In this document: positions 48,573 through 52,315 of the stretch, piece after piece
Layout of the letters: each line of letters opens with the position of its first letter
Position numbering within the stretch: the first letter of the stretch is position 1
NCBI GenBank assembly: GCA_029218465.1
Contig: JAQXRJ010000069.1
Location: 1 to 52,315 of the forward strand
DNA length: 52,315 bases
Direction of reading: 5' to 3'
From: a bacterium
GTDB taxonomy: Bacteria; Bacillota_I; Bacilli_A; RF39; UBA660
The notes under the pieces: generated by a model
Database searches by the model: none
Seen by the model: only the letters and a program-made list of their open reading frames with translations
Told to the model about the DNA's origin: nothing
Position numbers and translations under genes: made by a program

Positions 48573-50141
48573 ATGGATTATTCAAATATTAAAAATGAAT
48601 TTTTAAATTTATTTAATAATTTATTTGTTGTTGATATTACACATGATAAGGTAGTTATATTTGAAAGTGTTCAAAAAGAAATGTCATTTTTTGATTTTAT
48701 TAGTTATGCAACTCCTTTAATACACCCGGATGATTTGAAAAAATATTTTGATAACTTAAATGTAGCTAAGTTAGAAAAAAATAATGGATTTATTACCTTT
48801 AATTATAGGTTTAAAAATGGTAATGAATATGAAAAGAATACCAACTACCTTAGACTAGTAACATTTGGCGATAAAAAATTAATATTATCTTCTTCTATTA
48901 AAGGAGATAATTCTACATCGAATGATTCAAATCTTGAAGGCAAACTTAATGTTATATCAAATGAGGTATCTGATGTTATTTTAAAAATCTATAATACACT
49001 AGATTCATCAATTGAAATGAATTCAACTAGTAAGTATATATCTAATTTGCTTGATAATTTAGTAAGAAAGGTTCCCGAATTTAATAAAGGCCTTGAAAAA
49101 AATATGATTTCTCAAGTAAATAAAGTTAGTAATACAATTTTAATTATTGATGATGATCCTATGACCAGAAAACTTTTGAAAAAAATATTTATAGATGATT
49201 TTGAAATATTAGAAGCAGAAAACGGTCAAATAGCTATAGATTTAATTAAAGAAAAAGGTATTGACAATATAGAAGGAATATTTCTAGATTTATTAATGCC
49301 TGTGTTAGATGGGTTTGCAGTTTTAGATTATTTAAAAAGTAGTAATATTTTATCTAAAATACCAGTTATAATTATTAGTGGTATAGAGGATAAGGAAGCT
49401 AGAACTAGAGTTTATCAATATAATGTTGCAGATATGCTAGAAAAACCATTTAATTTGGAAGTTATTAAATATCGTACTAAAAATTTAATTAATTTATATA
49501 AAACTAGTAGCAGTTTAAACAATATGGTTTTTTCACAAGCTACTGATTTGAGAAGTATTATTGATAAAATAGTTGAATTCTATAAATACGATTATAAAGA
49601 AAAAATTGAAAAAGTAAAAAAATCAACAAAAATATTTTTAGATAATTTTAAATTAGATTATGCTGAATATGGTTTAGACAATTATAAGATTAATAAGATT
49701 GTTGAGGCTGTTGATTTATATGACATTGGAAAATATATATTACCAAGAACTATAGGAATTAACGGTAGCTTAACAGACGAAGAAAAAAGTATTTTAAAAA
49801 ATCATCCTAATTATGGTAAGCTAATTGTTGAAAAATATTTAGATAAATTAGGTGATATGGATTTGTTGAAATATTCAAGTGATATAACCCTTTATTGTCA
49901 TGAAAACTATATTGGAAGTGGATTTCCAAATGGCATAAAAGGAGAAAATATTCCTATATGGGCTCAAGTTGTAGGCGTTATGATTGTGTTAGATTTGATA
50001 TTATCTAGAGAAGATTTGAACTCATTAGCTAATGAAGAAATAATTAATAAATACTTAAATGTATATAATTCAAAAATCATTAATACTTTAAGGAAAGTAT
50101 TTGACGAAATAAGAATGATTTATAATAAATTAGAAAATTAA
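48573..50141 (+). CDS. Response regulator: PAS-like + REC + degenerate HD-GYP domain
   Basis: IHPDD (PAS-like); IDDD/FLDLLMP/KPF (REC); YDIGK, HENYIGSGFPNG.KGENIP (HD-GYP-like). Confidence 0.85.
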   Translation: MDYSNIKNEFLNLFNNLFVVDITHDKVVIFESVQKEMSFFDFISYATPLIHPDDLKKYFDNLNVAKLEKNNGFITFNYRFKNGNEYEKNTNYLRLVTFGDKKLILSSSIKGDNSTSNDSNLEGKLNVISNEVSDVILKIYNTLDSSIEMNSTSKYISNLLDNLVRKVPEFNKGLEKNMISQVNKVSNTILIIDDDPMTRKLLKKIFIDDFEILEAENGQIAIDLIKEKGIDNIEGIFLDLLMPVLDGFAVLDYLKSSNILSKIPVIIISGIEDKEARTRVYQYNVADMLEKPFNLEVIKYRTKNLINLYKTSSSLNNMVFSQATDLRSIIDKIVEFYKYDYKEKIEKVKKSTKIFLDNFKLDYAEYGLDNYKINKIVEAVDLYDIGKYILPRTIGINGSLTDEEKSILKNHPNYGKLIVEKYLDKLGDMDLLKYSSDITLYCHENYIGSGFPNGIKGENIPIWAQVVGVMIVLDLILSREDLNSLANEEIINKYLNVYNSKIINTLRKVFDEIRMIYNKLEN

Positions 50142-50189
50142 TAGATGGTTTATAAAAATAATAATTGAAACATTTATTATTTTACAATG

Positions 50190-50240
50190 TGATATGAATT
50201 TTGTGTTATTAACACATAAATATGATTCATATCATTTTTT
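50190..50240 (+). terminator. Hairpin after the phosphorelay operon
   Basis: tgatatgaat...attcatatca with inner tgtgtt-att-aacaca, then T6. Confidence 0.6.
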
Positions 50241-50336
50241 ATTTGTTTATATTATATATTGTTTGATAAAAGAAAACGTTTTTATTTTACTTAATTAAAA
50301 AATTATTATATAATAAATGCATTAAGAGGTGAAGTT

Positions 50337-51479
50337 ATGGATGAGGCTTTATTAGATGATAAAAATGTTGTTGTTATGAAACTACTTCATTATTTTATAA
50401 CGGAAAGAAAATATAATCCAATAATACTACAAGGTGCTGAAAATGAGATTTGGCTTGAAAATATGGATTCTGATTATAAAATTATTAGAATTGTATCAAA
50501 TCACATTCATAATGTTGAACAATTTGAGTACGATTTATATAAGACTAAGCATATAGTAAAAAAAATAAAGAAAAAAACTTTAACAATGAATATGAATGTT
50601 TTAAGTATATTTATTGATGTAAGAGATAGTGAAAATATCACTAATAATAAAAATTATGATTGCATATCAATTGAATCAGAAAAAGACATAGCAAAGTATG
50701 ATAATGTAATTGAACATTTTCCTGATATTATTAAGAAATTAACATTTAATGAGGAAGGAATGCAATTGTTTATAAAAATTACAACAGATATTAACAAGAA
50801 AAATAAAAAAGACCAAGATGAAGCTGAAGATATATTTAAACCAAGGAAACCAATTATTACTAATATATTAATTTTTCTTAATATTTTTATCTATGTTTCA
50901 ACGCTTCTTTTTGACAGAAATGGTTATATTCTTAATAAATTTTGCGTATATGGTCCATATATAATTAGAGGAGAATATTATAGACTAATAACTGGAGCTT
51001 TTATACATGGAAACATATTTCATTTGTTATTTAACTGTTATGCTCTATATGTCATAGGAACACAAATAGAGTCATTCTTTGGCAAGGCAAAATATATTAC
51101 AATTTATTTAGTAAGCACATTATTTTCTTCACTATTGTCTATTGTTATAAGTAAATATGCATCAATTGGTGCAAGTGGTGCAATATTTGGCCTTATGGGA
51201 GCTATGTTATATTTTGGATATCATTATAGAATATATTTAGGCAGTGTAATAAAAAGTCAGATTATTCCTCTTATAATAATTAATCTTTTCATAGGTTTTA
51301 TATTTAGTGGTCAAATAGATAATTTTGCCCATATAGGTGGCTTAATAGGTGGAATACTGATATCAAAAGCTTTAGGAGTTAAATATAAGAGTACTAAATC
51401 AGATATGATAAATGGTTGGATACTTACAATAATCTTATTTGTCTTTTTACTTGTTGTTGCAAATAAATTTATAGTTTGA
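50337..51479 (+). CDS. Rhomboid intramembrane serine protease with soluble N-terminal domain (GluP-like)
   Basis: YRLIT..FIH...HL.FN, GASGAIFG, AHIGG. Confidence 0.92.
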   Translation: MDEALLDDKNVVVMKLLHYFITERKYNPIILQGAENEIWLENMDSDYKIIRIVSNHIHNVEQFEYDLYKTKHIVKKIKKKTLTMNMNVLSIFIDVRDSENITNNKNYDCISIESEKDIAKYDNVIEHFPDIIKKLTFNEEGMQLFIKITTDINKKNKKDQDEAEDIFKPRKPIITNILIFLNIFIYVSTLLFDRNGYILNKFCVYGPYIIRGEYYRLITGAFIHGNIFHLLFNCYALYVIGTQIESFFGKAKYITIYLVSTLFSSLLSIVISKYASIGASGAIFGLMGAMLYFGYHYRIYLGSVIKSQIIPLIIINLFIGFIFSGQIDNFAHIGGLIGGILISKALGVKYKSTKSDMINGWILTIILFVFLLVVANKFIV

Positions 51480-51512
51480 TAAAATGTTATTAAGAAAATA
51501 GAGGTGTATTTT

Positions 51513-51764
51513 ATGGAAATAAGTGAAACACATGCTTATTCAATTGAGTCTTTTGAAGAACAAATTGTTAAAGATGTTATAAAAGATGTATATGAAGCAT
51601 TAGAAGAAAGAGGATATAATCCAATTAATCAATTAGTTGGCTATATAATGAGTGGAGATCCAGGATATATTTCTTCGCACAAAGAAGCAAGAAGCAAAAT
51701 AACTAAACTAGAGAGGAATAAAATATTAGAAGTATTACTTCGTGAATATATTAAAAATATATAA
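51513..51764 (+). CDS. ireB: IreB/ReoM-family regulatory phosphoprotein
   Basis: [25 protein letters not shown]. Confidence 0.93.
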   Translation: MEISETHAYSIESFEEQIVKDVIKDVYEALEERGYNPINQLVGYIMSGDPGYISSHKEARSKITKLERNKILEVLLREYIKNI

Positions 51765-52183
51765 TGAGATATATTGGACTTGATCTAGGGAGTAAAACGC
51801 TAGGTGTTGCATTATCAGATACAACTGGTTTAATTGCATCTAGTTATACAATTATTAGACACAATGAAGATTATGATTCTTTAATAGATGAAATTGAAAA
51901 AATAATTGATGAAAAAAAAGTAGATGAAATAGTACTTGGTTTGCCTAAAAACATGAATAATACATTAGGTGAGAAAGCAAATCTTTCTATTAAATTCAAA
52001 GGTATGCTTGAACAAAGACTTGCTAAAAAAGTACATCTTATTGACGAAAGATTAACTACTGTTGAAGCAACTAATATTTTGTTATTAAATGATACTAGTA
52101 GAAAAAAAAGAAAAAAAGTAATTGATAGTGTTGCAGCATCTATAATACTCCAAACATTTTTGGATAGAGAAAGGAATAAATAG
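51764..52183 (+). CDS. ruvX: RuvX/YqgF nuclease
   Basis: GLDLGSKTLGVALSD, GLPKNM, DERLTT, IDSVAASIILQ. Confidence 0.95.
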   Translation: MRYIGLDLGSKTLGVALSDTTGLIASSYTIIRHNEDYDSLIDEIEKIIDEKKVDEIVLGLPKNMNNTLGEKANLSIKFKGMLEQRLAKKVHLIDERLTTVEATNILLLNDTSRKKRKKVIDSVAASIILQTFLDRERNK

Positions 52184-52184
52184 T

Positions 52185-52315
52185 ATGAAGGAAAAAACAA
52201 CTTTTAAGGTAATTAACGATGAGGGACATGAAATAACTTGTGATATTTTATTTACTTTTGATAGTGAAGAAACAAATAAAAGTTATATTGTTTATACCGA
52301 TAATACAAAAGACAA
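52185..52315 (+). CDS. DUF1292-family protein (partial, runs off window)
   Basis: MKEKTTFKVINDEGHEITCDILFTFDSEETNKSYIVYTD; usual position after ruvX. Confidence 0.85.
   Translation, partial: MKEKTTFKVINDEGHEITCDILFTFDSEETNKSYIVYTDNTKD

Noticed and set aside
1725-52200. Antisense or nested ORFs in the track (e.g. 1725-2204, 4773-5207, 12423-12755, 19581-19871, 45535-45933, 51871-52200)
   Set aside because: They lie opposite well-supported genes and show no recognisable motifs; typical shadows of AT-rich coding sequence.
1-52315. CRISPR array, tRNA, rRNA
   Set aside because: No regularly spaced repeats and no GC-rich structural RNA segments were seen.

Overview
Very AT-rich, gene-dense chromosomal window from a low-GC Firmicute. 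Standard code 11 is supported: TGA ends ORFs and TGG encodes Trp. Gene content and style suggest a reduced-genome Bacilli lineage such as RF39/UBA660, but that is inference only. Housekeeping genes: yqeG-yqeH, xfp, rnj, rpoZ, recX, prsA, hit, sufCDSUB, ssb, pdp, ireB-ruvX-DUF1292. Cell-envelope genes are abundant: a polysaccharide deacetylase, an alpha/beta hydrolase-membrane MurF-Ddl trio, TagGH-like ABC, M15B and S11 DD-carboxypeptidases, PrsW and a rhomboid. Most notable: (1) a non-cellulosomal dockerin-bearing GH73-like cell-wall hydrolase co-encoded with a membrane-anchored cohesin-like/cadherin-like protein, plus two more members of that scaffold family, one a pseudogene; (2) a four-gene phosphorelay with two tandem 624-aa hybrid kinases, an Hpt and a REC protein with a degenerate HD-GYP domain; (3) three small membrane proteins missed by the ORF track, two YjcZ/SscA-like, with sporulation-sigma-like promoters nearby; (4) a histidine-free ZnuA-fold lipoprotein; (5) two IS3-family 3'-end relics flanking rnj that may now act as terminators; (6) an in-frame TAA in sufU. 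No rRNA, tRNA or CRISPR array was seen.
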